Of a stretch of 64,000 bases of DNA, positions 8,273 to 19,459 are shown in pieces. The translations under genes and the position numbers were made by a program. The notes beneath the pieces were generated by a model. It made no database searches and was not told where the DNA came from. It was given only the letters and a program-made list of their open reading frames with translations. The stretch comes from an uncultured Anaerolineaceae bacterium (GTDB lineage: Bacteria > Chloroflexota > Anaerolineae > Anaerolineales > UBA11579): positions 68,650 through 132,649 of the forward strand of contig CAZUTS010000004.1 in the NCBI GenBank assembly GCA_964623375.1, read 5' to 3'. Each line of letters starts with the position of its first letter. The first letter of the stretch is position 1.

Positions 8273-9619
8273 ATGATCACTACAGAAACAGTATCTACAC
8301 CTTCCCCGCTCCCTACCCCGCCAATACTGAATGGCGGCTTACCCTACATTGGCCATGCAATTGAGTTCTACCGCGACCCGGAGAATTTCTTCCGCCGCGG
8401 CTACAGCAAACACGGCAATGTGTTTGGCATCAAGCTGCTCGGCCAGCCGATGGCCATCCTGGTTGGCCCACAGGAGCAATCTTTCTTCTTCAAGAGCACT
8501 GACAAGCAGCTCGATATGGAGAAGCCGTACCAGTTCCTGGCGGCCATCTTTGGTCGCATCGCCTTCCTCGGCCCGCATGACACCTATATGCTGCAGCGCC
8601 CCATCCTGCACAGCCTGTTCACACGTGATCAGATGAGCAGCTACCTGCCCATCATGAGCCGCACCATCAACACCTGGATGGATACGCTCGGCGACAGCGG
8701 TGAGTTCGAGCTAGTGGACGCCATGACCCATCTGGTGAAAGAAGTGGCCGGGCGCTGCTTCCTCGGCGACGAAGTGCACGAGCGCCTGGAAGCCGAGGGC
8801 TTCTGGGACCAGTACGACGCGCTGAGCGAATCGCTGGACCCCCTGCTCTATAAGCTGCCGCTGCCTAAGTTCAAGCGCCGTGATGAGGCCAAGAAGACGA
8901 TGCGCGCCATCCTGCAGCCGCTGATCGATGAGCGCCGCGCCAACCCCAAGCAAGATGGCTTCCAGTACTTCCTGGACCAGCCGGATGGCGCTGGCGTGCC
9001 GCTGCCGGATGACATTGTGGCCAGCTTCTTCTCCGCCCTGCTGTTTGCCGGGCATGAGACCACCGCCGGCCAGAGCGCCTGGTCGGTCATTCACCTGATC
9101 AACAATCCAGGCTACCAAGCCAAGGTGCGCGAGGAAGTGGAGCGCGTGCTGGCGGGCAGCGACGAAGTTAACCATGTGCACATGCGCGAAATTCAGCTGA
9201 CCATGGCGGCAGTGCAAGAGACCGGCCGCCTACGCCCTTCGGCCGAGACGCTGCTCCGCGAGGTCAAAGAAGACATCGAGCTGGATGGCTACCGCATTCC
9301 GGCTGGCTGGTTTGTCATGACCTCCACCGCGGCGGCGCATTTCATCCCCGAGTATTTCTCCGATCCCTACAGCTATGACCCGACGCGCTTCACGGAAAAA
9401 GGTGAAGGGCGCGGCTTTGAGCTGCTGACTTTTGGCGGGGGCCTGCACAAGTGCACTGGCATGAATTTTGCCCGCACCGAGATGGCTATCATCGTGGCCC
9501 TGTTGTTCCGCCAATATGAGCTGGAACTGGTGACCCCCTTCGAAAAGATCGGCGTCAACCGCGGCGGCTCCAGCAAGCCAACGGCGGCCATGGTGCGCTA
9601 CAAGAAGCGCAGCCACTAA
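8273..9619 (+). CDS. Cytochrome P450, CYP51-like (sterol 14-alpha-demethylase family)
   Basis: Heme-thiolate loop FGGGLHKCTGMNFA, I-helix FAGHETT, ExxR (ETGR). It is colinear along its whole length with mycobacterial CYP51 as I recall it (LPLPKFKRRDEA vs LPIESFRRRDEA; C-terminal MVRYKKRS vs CVRYRRRT). Confidence 0.85.
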   Translation: MITTETVSTPSPLPTPPILNGGLPYIGHAIEFYRDPENFFRRGYSKHGNVFGIKLLGQPMAILVGPQEQSFFFKSTDKQLDMEKPYQFLAAIFGRIAFLGPHDTYMLQRPILHSLFTRDQMSSYLPIMSRTINTWMDTLGDSGEFELVDAMTHLVKEVAGRCFLGDEVHERLEAEGFWDQYDALSESLDPLLYKLPLPKFKRRDEAKKTMRAILQPLIDERRANPKQDGFQYFLDQPDGAGVPLPDDIVASFFSALLFAGHETTAGQSAWSVIHLINNPGYQAKVREEVERVLAGSDEVNHVHMREIQLTMAAVQETGRLRPSAETLLREVKEDIELDGYRIPAGWFVMTSTAAAHFIPEYFSDPYSYDPTRFTEKGEGRGFELLTFGGGLHKCTGMNFARTEMAIIVALLFRQYELELVTPFEKIGVNRGGSSKPTAAMVRYKKRSH

Positions 9620-9641
9620 GACGAAACGAACTCCACAAAAG

Positions 9642-9676
9642 AAAAGAGCGCTGCCCTTGCGGGCAGCGCTCTTTTT
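9642..9676. terminator. Bidirectional intrinsic terminator
   Basis: AAAAGAGCGCTGCCC-ttgc-GGGCAGCGCTCTTTTT between the convergent P450 and rpoD genes. Confidence 0.85.
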
Positions 9677-9697
9677 GAACCTCGTAGTTTGCAGAGC

Positions 9698-10927
<1,230 letters not shown>

Positions 10928-11187
10928 TCGATACTTGCCTCCATTCTATAGAGTCTTTCAAGCACTCAATCCTTACACCGCCCTGTTGCAGATAACGCAA
11001 CAGGCGAGGAAATGACACAAATCCATAGCCAAACAACGGGGCAAGTAAGCCCCGGAAACTGTTGAGTTTCGGCTACCTTGGCGTTATGGGGTGAAATGCT
11101 ACGAAATCATTGTGCATGGGGCGTATTAATGAAATGTTTGCCGCAGATGAGTGCAAGCTTAGTAAGAAACAGCGCGCTGCGCCGCTT

Positions 11188-12192
11188 TTACTGCTGCTGT
11201 GCGTAGGCGGCGGCGCCGAGCAGCGCCACGCCAGGGTTAAGGATCAGGCGCACGGGGAAGCGTTGCAGATACTCCTCATAGCCGACCTTGCCCAAGAAGA
11301 ATTTCATGAAGCCATAACGCTGCAGGGCGGGCTGGATGCGCGGCGGGATGCCGCCGCCCAGGTACACTCCGCCCGTGGCACCCATGCCGAGGGCCAGGTC
11401 GCCAGCGGTGGCGCCTAAAATCTCCACAAACAGTTGCAGCGTCAGCTGGCAGATCTCGCTGCCGGGGGTTTGCGCCAAGGCATGGTTGACGATGATGACA
11501 TTGTTGTCATCGCCCTGGGTGGCCAGTTCCTGGGCGAGCCAGGCTGGCTCGACGGCGTGCCCGCTGGTCTTGATGAAGCCATAGAGGTTGGGTAGCCCCA
11601 CCCCGGCGCATACGTGCTCGATGGCAACCTGGCCGAGCTGCGGGCGCAGCCAGGCCAGCAGCTCCTGCTGCAGCTCGGTCTCGGGGGCAAAGCTGGCATG
11701 GCCGCCTTCGGTGGCATAGGCCGTGTAGCGTCCGCCAACAGAGGTGAGGTAGCCGATTCCCAGGCCCGTGCCCGGGGCGATGACAGCAATGCTGCCACCC
11801 GGTTCGGCAACACCCTGCTGCAATACGTGCATCTCGCGCTCAGGCAGCAAAGGAACCGCGTTGGCCAGCGCCTTGAGGTCATTGATGAGCCAGGCGGACT
11901 GCCAACCGAACTCGGCGCACAGGTCAGCCGCATCCACTTCCCAATCCAGGTTGATCATGCGCACGTGGTTGTCAATGACCGGGCCTGCGACGCCGAAGCA
12001 CGCCGTGCGCACATCCAGGCCAGGCTTGCCCTGCAAGTAAGCGCGCAGGATGGCGTGCAGGCCGTCATGCTCGGCGTTGAGATAGGAGGCAAGCATCTGC
12101 GGGCCGGAGCTCAGGTCAGCCGCGTCGAAGAGTGCGATGTTGGTTTTTGTGGCGCCGAGGTCACCGGCGAGGACATAAGTGTTGCTTGGCAT
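11188..12192 (-). CDS. glk: Glucokinase
   Basis: N-terminal ATP-binding LAGDLGATKTNIALF and APGTGLGIG. Glk-family length (334 aa). Confidence 0.85.
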   Translation of the reverse strand: MPSNTYVLAGDLGATKTNIALFDAADLSSGPQMLASYLNAEHDGLHAILRAYLQGKPGLDVRTACFGVAGPVIDNHVRMINLDWEVDAADLCAEFGWQSAWLINDLKALANAVPLLPEREMHVLQQGVAEPGGSIAVIAPGTGLGIGYLTSVGGRYTAYATEGGHASFAPETELQQELLAWLRPQLGQVAIEHVCAGVGLPNLYGFIKTSGHAVEPAWLAQELATQGDDNNVIIVNHALAQTPGSEICQLTLQLFVEILGATAGDLALGMGATGGVYLGGGIPPRIQPALQRYGFMKFFLGKVGYEEYLQRFPVRLILNPGVALLGAAAYAQQQ

Positions 12193-12813
12193 TTAGTTCT
12201 CAGGCTTCTTTCCATCGATAATCAATGAGGTGTATCGAAGTACACCGTCTGCATTGCGTTCATCAAAGCGACTTGAGCGTTGAACCATTCCATCCTCAGG
12301 CTGCCAGCCAGAATATATAAACTGGCCAGCATCGGTGTAATACTCCAGCGCATTTACTATAAACCCTGCGTCGGCCAAAGCCTCGCCGAGTGTAGAGTGC
12401 GTGTAAAGCACCTTATGGTCATCCGCCCCAGGGCCATTTCCACCTGGTTTAACGGAAGCAATGTACTGCGGGTCAGGATAGAAACCATCGGGCACAGCGA
12501 TTCGCAAATACCCACCAGGCTTCAAGTACTGGTAGCACAGCTTCATTGCCTTGACACAATCTTCCTGAGATAAATGCTCCCAAACATGCTCAGCTAAAAT
12601 AGCACTAAGCGACGAGCCTCTAAAGAGCTTAGCCCAATCCTTCTCGGAGGTAATATCCAATAGATTGATATCTGTATGTAGCCAGCCCCTGTAATAAGTA
12701 CCATCGGCTCCAACCACTAAGCGCAGCGCATTACTGGGTGAAAAGAGCTGCGTCAACTTAAATCTGGCCAAGTTGATTACTTGCCAGACCCATTTTCTAA
12801 AACGCATAAGCAT
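12193..12813 (-). CDS. Class I SAM-dependent methyltransferase-like protein (low GC)
   Basis: VVGADG...GWLHTDI, AEHVWEHL and LKPGGYLRIAVPD motifs. Its stop abuts the glk start. Hand counts give 48% and 43% GC for lines 12601-12660 and 12661-12720. ATG 12807 is an alternative start. Confidence 0.7.
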   Translation of the reverse strand: MLMRFRKWVWQVINLARFKLTQLFSPSNALRLVVGADGTYYRGWLHTDINLLDITSEKDWAKLFRGSSLSAILAEHVWEHLSQEDCVKAMKLCYQYLKPGGYLRIAVPDGFYPDPQYIASVKPGGNGPGADDHKVLYTHSTLGEALADAGFIVNALEYYTDAGQFIYSGWQPEDGMVQRSSRFDERNADGVLRYTSLIIDGKKPEN

Positions 12814-12815
12814 CA

Positions 12816-12825
12816 ATTATATAAT
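12816..12825. promoter_or_regulatory. Palindromic ATTATATAAT: shared -10 for divergent promoters
   Basis: The plus strand reads TATAAT (12820-12825), 6 nt, GTG 12832. The minus strand reads TATAAT (12821-12816), 8 nt, ATG 12807. Confidence 0.4.
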
Positions 12826-12831
12826 GCAGTA

Positions 12832-13218
12832 GTGAATCCAGTAACCCAGGGCTTACTCAAGCAACTCAACGACCCTGCGCTGAGCGCGTTCGCACAAGAC
12901 TGGGACATAGTGACCGAACTGGTGATTGTGATTTATCAGCAGAAGTCGTTGACTGTGGAGCAACAAGCGCGCTTCTTTGAAGCACAGGAACGCTTGCAGC
13001 CCGCCTACCCCTTGCTGGCCAGCGAGATGGAACCCTATTGGCGCAGTGCGCGCATCAAAGGTGAGCTTGTAGTGGGGGATCCATTCCTAGCAGTGCTCAG
13101 CAAGCCCTCGGCCAAAGAGTTTGTCGAGAATTGGGATGCCATGCGTACGTTACCCGCAGCGCGTGAAGCGCTCAACATGCTGTTGATGGAGAGAATGGAA
13201 AGCAAGGCTGAAGGCTAA
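12832..13218 (+). CDS. Hypothetical protein
   Basis: ORF with protein-like composition and no recognised motif. GTG 12832 is chosen from the -10 spacing; the track start is TTG 12781. GC looks lower than in the flanks. Confidence 0.5.
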   Translation: MNPVTQGLLKQLNDPALSAFAQDWDIVTELVIVIYQQKSLTVEQQARFFEAQERLQPAYPLLASEMEPYWRSARIKGELVVGDPFLAVLSKPSAKEFVENWDAMRTLPAAREALNMLLMERMESKAEG

Positions 13219-13244
13219 AGTACAACTCCGCTGCATCTGAGTGG

Positions 13245-13287
13245 CCTAAAGGATTCCTCCTCGGCCTGCGGCCTCGTTCGGAATGAC
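13245..13287. repeat. Family-A element, right half only
   Basis: CCTAAAGGATTCCTCC...TCGGAATGAC matches the right arms of 913-975 and 32199-32237. Confidence 0.8.
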
Positions 13288-13303
13288 AAGTACTACCCAA
13301 AAC

Positions 13304-13329
13304 AAACGCCGGGCCTAGGCCCGGCGTTT
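13304..13329. terminator. Bidirectional intrinsic terminator
   Basis: AAACGCCGGGCC-ta-GGCCCGGCGTTT between convergent genes. Confidence 0.75.
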
Positions 13330-13361
13330 AAGATGCTGCTTGCTAAAAGCTGCTAGCTCGT

Positions 13362-14882
<1,521 letters not shown>

Positions 14883-14932
14883 ACAGCTCCTGGAAAGTTA
14901 GCATTACAGATACAAACTAAGTATAGCGCAGG

Positions 14933-15829
14933 CTACTCAGCCATCTGAAGACGGAACTCAACGGTGGGCGTGGTGTTCTCATCGCCGCAAGAAGCGTGAA
15001 CCGGCGCGCCCTCGCTGCGTTCCACAATAAGTTGATGCTCGTCGCCGCCAGCTTGCAAGCGCACAGCCCAGCTGTGCTCGCCAGCTGGCTGGCTACCGAG
15101 CAAGCGCACGGCCGCTGTAGATGTGTAGCCGAGTTGCTGGCGGAGCAGCAGCTCGGCCGCCTGGGCTGGCTCAGGCCAGGCGGTGTAACCGCGGCAATAG
15201 TCGAGCGGGACATGGCCGTCAAGAACTGACTGCGTGATGGAGAATGCATTGTGTGGGCGCAAGCGCCCATAGGAGCGGCCACTGGGCAGCGAAAGAATGT
15301 TGGCGGCGAAGCGGTGGCCGCCGTGGTGGCTGCTCTCCCATATGGCTGAGCCAAACTGAGCATGCAGCACGTTGTAAACAGCAATGCCGTGCAGCACGCA
15401 GCATGCATCACGCTGACCGTTAGTGCACACCAAGACGATGGGCTCCGTGCTGATGTGCGCCGCATACTGCTCTGCCCCGGCTACCAGCGCACTAAGATCC
15501 AATGTGGCCAGATCTGCATAGCTATCAAGCTCAAACTTGTACAGCACAGGTTCATCGCCCAGCACAGCGGCGAAGAACCGCAGACGCTCGGCACGGTCTT
15601 TCTGCTTAATCAGCAATAGACGCGAACCGGGCAGTTGCGCCAACTGGGCATCCGCCTGAGCGCGAACCTCAGCATCGATATTGCTCTCCTCCCAGGCTTT
15701 GGCGCCCCAGCGTTGTGTGTACTCAAGCGCAAACCACACCGTGGCCTTGGGGGCGCTACCGTAGAGCGATTCATTCAGGTTTTCGGATTCAAGCGAGCAG
15801 GGAATATTGGTGATGGGCGCAATCGTCAT
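14933..15829 (-). CDS. Sucrase/ferredoxin-like (thioredoxin-like 2Fe-2S) family protein
   Basis: CTNGQRDACC and SHHGGHRFAAN motifs characteristic of this family. Confidence 0.75.
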   Translation of the reverse strand: MTIAPITNIPCSLESENLNESLYGSAPKATVWFALEYTQRWGAKAWEESNIDAEVRAQADAQLAQLPGSRLLLIKQKDRAERLRFFAAVLGDEPVLYKFELDSYADLATLDLSALVAGAEQYAAHISTEPIVLVCTNGQRDACCVLHGIAVYNVLHAQFGSAIWESSHHGGHRFAANILSLPSGRSYGRLRPHNAFSITQSVLDGHVPLDYCRGYTAWPEPAQAAELLLRQQLGYTSTAAVRLLGSQPAGEHSWAVRLQAGGDEHQLIVERSEGAPVHASCGDENTTPTVEFRLQMAE

Positions 15830-15835
15830 GCGGCT

Positions 15836-15841
15836 ATTCTA
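15836..15841 (-). promoter_or_regulatory. -10 box (TAGAAT) of a putative leaderless promoter
   Basis: The minus strand reads TAGAAT-AGCCGC-ATG (ATG 15829). No SD. Confidence 0.4.
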
Positions 15842-15865
15842 GTCCAGCGTAGGGCAAACATTACA

Positions 15866-18469
15866 TCAGCCCTTGAGCACCTGCTCAATAACGTCAAAGC
15901 CCGGCAGCGGGGCACGCGCCGCATAGAAGCCCGCCCAGCGGTCTCCGCCATCAGCCAGGCGTTTCATGATATTGCTGACGGTGAAGCTGTCTGCACGCAG
16001 CGCGGGATCATCCAACTCATCCCAGGTGAGCGGCGCAGCCAGCGGCGCTCCGGGTTTGGCGCGCAGCGAATAGGGAGCAATGCCGGTTTGCGCGTAGCGA
16101 TTACGCAAGTAATCCAAGAAAATGCGCCCCTTGCGTTTGTCTTTGCGAATCTGCGTGGTGAACTTGCTGTCACGGCGCTCTAGCGTGGTGCACACCGCCT
16201 TTGCGAATAGCAGCACCGTGTCAAAGTTGTGCTGCGGCTGCAACGGCACCACTACATGCAGGCCGCGGCTGCCTGTGGCCATCACAAAGGAAGGCAAGCC
16301 CATCTCCGTGAGCATGCTGCGCATATCTTTAGCGCCGCTGATGACTGCATCCCAGCTGTCATCGGTCGAGGGGTCAAGGTCGAAGACGATCTTGTCTGGC
16401 TGGTCTAGCTGGGGTGCCTGACTGGTCCAGATATGGATGACAAACGAAGCCAGTTGCGCCAGATACACCAGCGTGGCGGCGTTGTTGATCATCACTTGCA
16501 GTTGTGTTTCGGCAGCGCTGGCGCTGGTACGTACTTCGACCAGGCTAACGAACTTGGGAAAGTAATCCGGCGCCTCTTTGTGGAAGAAGCCTTGAGCGCG
16601 GATGCCATCAGGGAAGCGCTGCATACTGATGGGCCGGTTCTGCACGTGCGGCAGCATGACTGGCGCAATTTGCTCATAGTAATCAACGACGCGCGCTTTG
16701 TTCACATCCGGAAAGAGCAGCTTTGCGGGGTTAGTGATCTTGATGCGCTGCCCGTCCACCTCGCGCTGCTCGTCGGCTGTCGCCTGTGCGACGGGTGGAA
16801 CGGGCGCAGGCTCCACTGCTGTGGCTGGCTGCGCCGCAGTGGCCTCACGGCGCACGCTGGCAGCCTCTTTATCCGCACGCAAGCCGAGAAAGCGCGGGTG
16901 ACGAATCTTGTTGAGCTTGGTCCATTCGCCAAAGCCAACCTGAGCTACCAGCTCCGGGCGCACCCAGCGCACGCCTTCCAGCGGCAGCAGATCATCCGGA
17001 AGGAAAGGATTGGTATCGCTGGCCAGCGCGTCTAGCTGCTTACGAATATCGCGGATAGCCTCGTCAGAAAATCCGGTACCCACCCCACCCACAAATTGCA
17101 GCTTCTCTTCGCCTTCAGGGTAATAACCCACCAGCAGCGCTCCAAAGCCGCGCATGCCGCCTTGCGGTTCAGTGAATCCGCCAATGACAAATTCTTGCTG
17201 GCGCACGCATTTCCACTTGAGCCAGCTTTTGGAGCGACTGCGCTGGTACATCGCATTGCCATCCTTGGCAATCACGCCTTCCTGGCCGCTGGAACATGCC
17301 TGTTGAAACATCTGCAGTCCCCCGCCCTCCTGATACTCCATATAGCGCAGCGGGTCGGTGTAGTGTGCCAGCCCACGCAGCAGCTCCTTACGCTCCAGCT
17401 GGCTGAGGCGCGCGGTGTCGTAGCCTTCGTAATAGGTCACATCAAACAAGTACATGAAAGCTGGCGCCTCGCTGATTACTTGCTGCGAGGGCTTTTGCAC
17501 ATGCATGCGTTTTTGTAGTTGCTCAAAACTGGGTCGGCCGCCATCAAAGGCCACAATTTCAGCATCGGCCACGAAATCGCCCTGCCCGTGCTCCTTGAGC
17601 GCGGCCACCAGCTCAGGATATTGCTCAGTGATGATGAGCTTATTGCGCGAGAGCATCTGCACCTGGCCGCCCTTGCGGTAGATGATGGCGCGCTGGCCAT
17701 CTAATTTCGGCTCATAGATCCAGTTGGCGCGCTCCACAGGCCTGTCTTCGGGCGAAGCCAGCATCGGCTCCTGCCAGCCTGGGAAGCTAGCTTCAGCCAG
17801 CTTCTCCAGCGACTCAGGCTGCAGGCGGCGCAAGGCGGCGGGCAGCTGGGCGCGCGTGCCTTCATCCCACAGCTCTTCGATGCTCTTGCCGCTCTTCACC
17901 GAGAGCGGCAGTTCGACCACGATGTCGAATTCTGGATTGGCGAAGGCATCTTTCATCTTCACCATCAGCCAGTTTTCCTGCTTGCCTTCGTAGCGCGTGC
18001 GCACGAAGGCAAACTCACCCTTGAGCTTCTCACCTTCAAAGCGCACTTCTACCAGGCCGGCCTCGAGCGACTCTTGCATGGTGAAAGGCTTGCGCTTGGT
18101 GCCGCGAATATTGGTGTAGATGCCCTGGTCCCACAAGATGATAGGCCCGGCGCCATATTCACCTTTCGGGATCACACCTTCGTAATCGAGATACTCCATG
18201 GGGTGATTCTCGGTGCGAACGGCGAGGCGCTTGACCACAGGATCATGCGAAGGCCCTTGCGGTACCGCCCACGAAACCAGCACACCATTGATCTCGAGGC
18301 GCACATCGTAGTGCAGCCGCGTGGCGTCATGCTTTTGGATGCAGAAGCGGGCTTGATGGGGTGCTAACGCAGGAGCGGCATCCGCCGCAGCCGCGGGCTG
18401 CGGCTCGCTGGTTTTGGCGAAATCGCGCTTGTCGCGATATTCCTGTAAGCTGCTGTGCGGGTCAGCCAC
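15866..18469 (-). CDS. ligD: Multidomain NHEJ DNA ligase D (phosphoesterase - ligase - polymerase order)
   Basis: N-terminal PE domain (CIQKHDATRLHYDVRLE...WAVPQGPS). Central ATP-ligase with motif I EPKLDGQR. C-terminal primase-polymerase domain (RFPDGI...FFHKE...TGSRGLHVVVPL). Confidence 0.92.
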   Translation of the reverse strand: MADPHSSLQEYRDKRDFAKTSEPQPAAAADAAPALAPHQARFCIQKHDATRLHYDVRLEINGVLVSWAVPQGPSHDPVVKRLAVRTENHPMEYLDYEGVIPKGEYGAGPIILWDQGIYTNIRGTKRKPFTMQESLEAGLVEVRFEGEKLKGEFAFVRTRYEGKQENWLMVKMKDAFANPEFDIVVELPLSVKSGKSIEELWDEGTRAQLPAALRRLQPESLEKLAEASFPGWQEPMLASPEDRPVERANWIYEPKLDGQRAIIYRKGGQVQMLSRNKLIITEQYPELVAALKEHGQGDFVADAEIVAFDGGRPSFEQLQKRMHVQKPSQQVISEAPAFMYLFDVTYYEGYDTARLSQLERKELLRGLAHYTDPLRYMEYQEGGGLQMFQQACSSGQEGVIAKDGNAMYQRSRSKSWLKWKCVRQQEFVIGGFTEPQGGMRGFGALLVGYYPEGEEKLQFVGGVGTGFSDEAIRDIRKQLDALASDTNPFLPDDLLPLEGVRWVRPELVAQVGFGEWTKLNKIRHPRFLGLRADKEAASVRREATAAQPATAVEPAPVPPVAQATADEQREVDGQRIKITNPAKLLFPDVNKARVVDYYEQIAPVMLPHVQNRPISMQRFPDGIRAQGFFHKEAPDYFPKFVSLVEVRTSASAAETQLQVMINNAATLVYLAQLASFVIHIWTSQAPQLDQPDKIVFDLDPSTDDSWDAVISGAKDMRSMLTEMGLPSFVMATGSRGLHVVVPLQPQHNFDTVLLFAKAVCTTLERRDSKFTTQIRKDKRKGRIFLDYLRNRYAQTGIAPYSLRAKPGAPLAAPLTWDELDDPALRADSFTVSNIMKRLADGGDRWAGFYAARAPLPGFDVIEQVLKG

Positions 18470-18484
18470 GCAACCTGCCCGTGG

Positions 18485-19318
18485 CTACGCGTCTACGCGA
18501 GCTTTGCTGGCTTCAATGCTGGCACGCAGCGAGGCCAGCAGATCATCATCCCTGGTCTGCACGGGGGCGCTGCCCACCACTTCAGGCGTGATGCCCTGGG
18601 CTTTCTGCTCGATGATGCGCTTGATCTCAGCGGTGAAGGTGTCTTCGTACTGCTCGGGCTTAAAGGGCTGCGTGAGTTGGTTGACCAGGTTGAGCGCCAG
18701 GTCCAGCTCGCTCTCCTTAACCTCATCGGCGGCGGGCAGGTTCAGGCCATCCGACTCGCGCACTTCAGACTGGTAGCGAATCTGGTTCAAGATGAGCACA
18801 TCCCCTTCCGGCTTGAGGATGGCCAGATTCTCCTTGGTGCGCAAGATGAACTTGGCCACGGCCACTTTCTTGGATTGCTTCAGTGCTTCGCGCAGCAAGC
18901 TATAGGCGCGGGCGGCGTTCTTATCCGGCCCTAAATAGTAGGGCTTGTCAAAATAGACACTGTCAATTTCATCTTCGTTGGCGAACGAAAGAATCTCGAC
19001 GCTCTGTGTCTTCTTGGGGCTGGCGCTCTTGATGTCTTCGTCTTCAATCACCACATACTGGCCGTCTTCAACCTCAAAGCCTTTGACGATCTGGTCATAG
19101 GGCACTTCCTGCCCATCGGCAGCGGCTACACGCAAATACTTGATGCGTGAATGATCGCTCTTGCGCAACTGGTTGAAGGAAAGCTCATTCTCACGCGTGG
19201 CGGAGAACAGCTTCACCGGGATGTTGATCAAGCCGAAAGCAATGGCGCCCGACCAGATGGCACGTGCACCGCCTGCGGCCTTTTTGCTCTTTACTTCGGA
19301 AGCGTTGTCTTCAGACAT
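18485..19318 (-). CDS. ku: Ku DNA end-binding protein
   Basis: IWSGAIAFGLINIPVKLFSAT N-terminus typical of bacterial Ku. It lies 15 nt upstream of ligD. AAGGAG SD. Confidence 0.92.
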   Translation of the reverse strand: MSEDNASEVKSKKAAGGARAIWSGAIAFGLINIPVKLFSATRENELSFNQLRKSDHSRIKYLRVAAADGQEVPYDQIVKGFEVEDGQYVVIEDEDIKSASPKKTQSVEILSFANEDEIDSVYFDKPYYLGPDKNAARAYSLLREALKQSKKVAVAKFILRTKENLAILKPEGDVLILNQIRYQSEVRESDGLNLPAADEVKESELDLALNLVNQLTQPFKPEQYEDTFTAEIKRIIEQKAQGITPEVVGSAPVQTRDDDLLASLRASIEASKARVDA

Positions 19319-19387
19319 GGTGAATACTCCTTTGGGATGGGAGATAGGGTAATTTTAGCGTATTGGAAAGAGGAGATTCGGGATTGG

Positions 19388-19428
19388 AGAGTGGAGATTA
19401 CTAACTGCCACTTGGTAATCTCCACTCT
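19388..19428. repeat. Family-C hairpin repeat
   Basis: Perfect 14-bp stem AGAGTGGAGATTAC (19388-19401) / GTAATCTCCACTCT (19415-19428) with a 13-nt loop. It shares the AATCTCCACTCTCT core with 7387-7400. Confidence 0.75.
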
Positions 19429-19430
19429 CT

Positions 19431-19454
19431 ATTTACTATTTACCATTTACCATT
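19431..19454. repeat. Tandem heptamer ATTTAC(T/C) x3 plus a partial unit
   Basis: ATTTACT ATTTACC ATTTACC ATT, immediately upstream of ATG 19460. Confidence 0.7.
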
Positions 19455-19459
19455 GCTAA

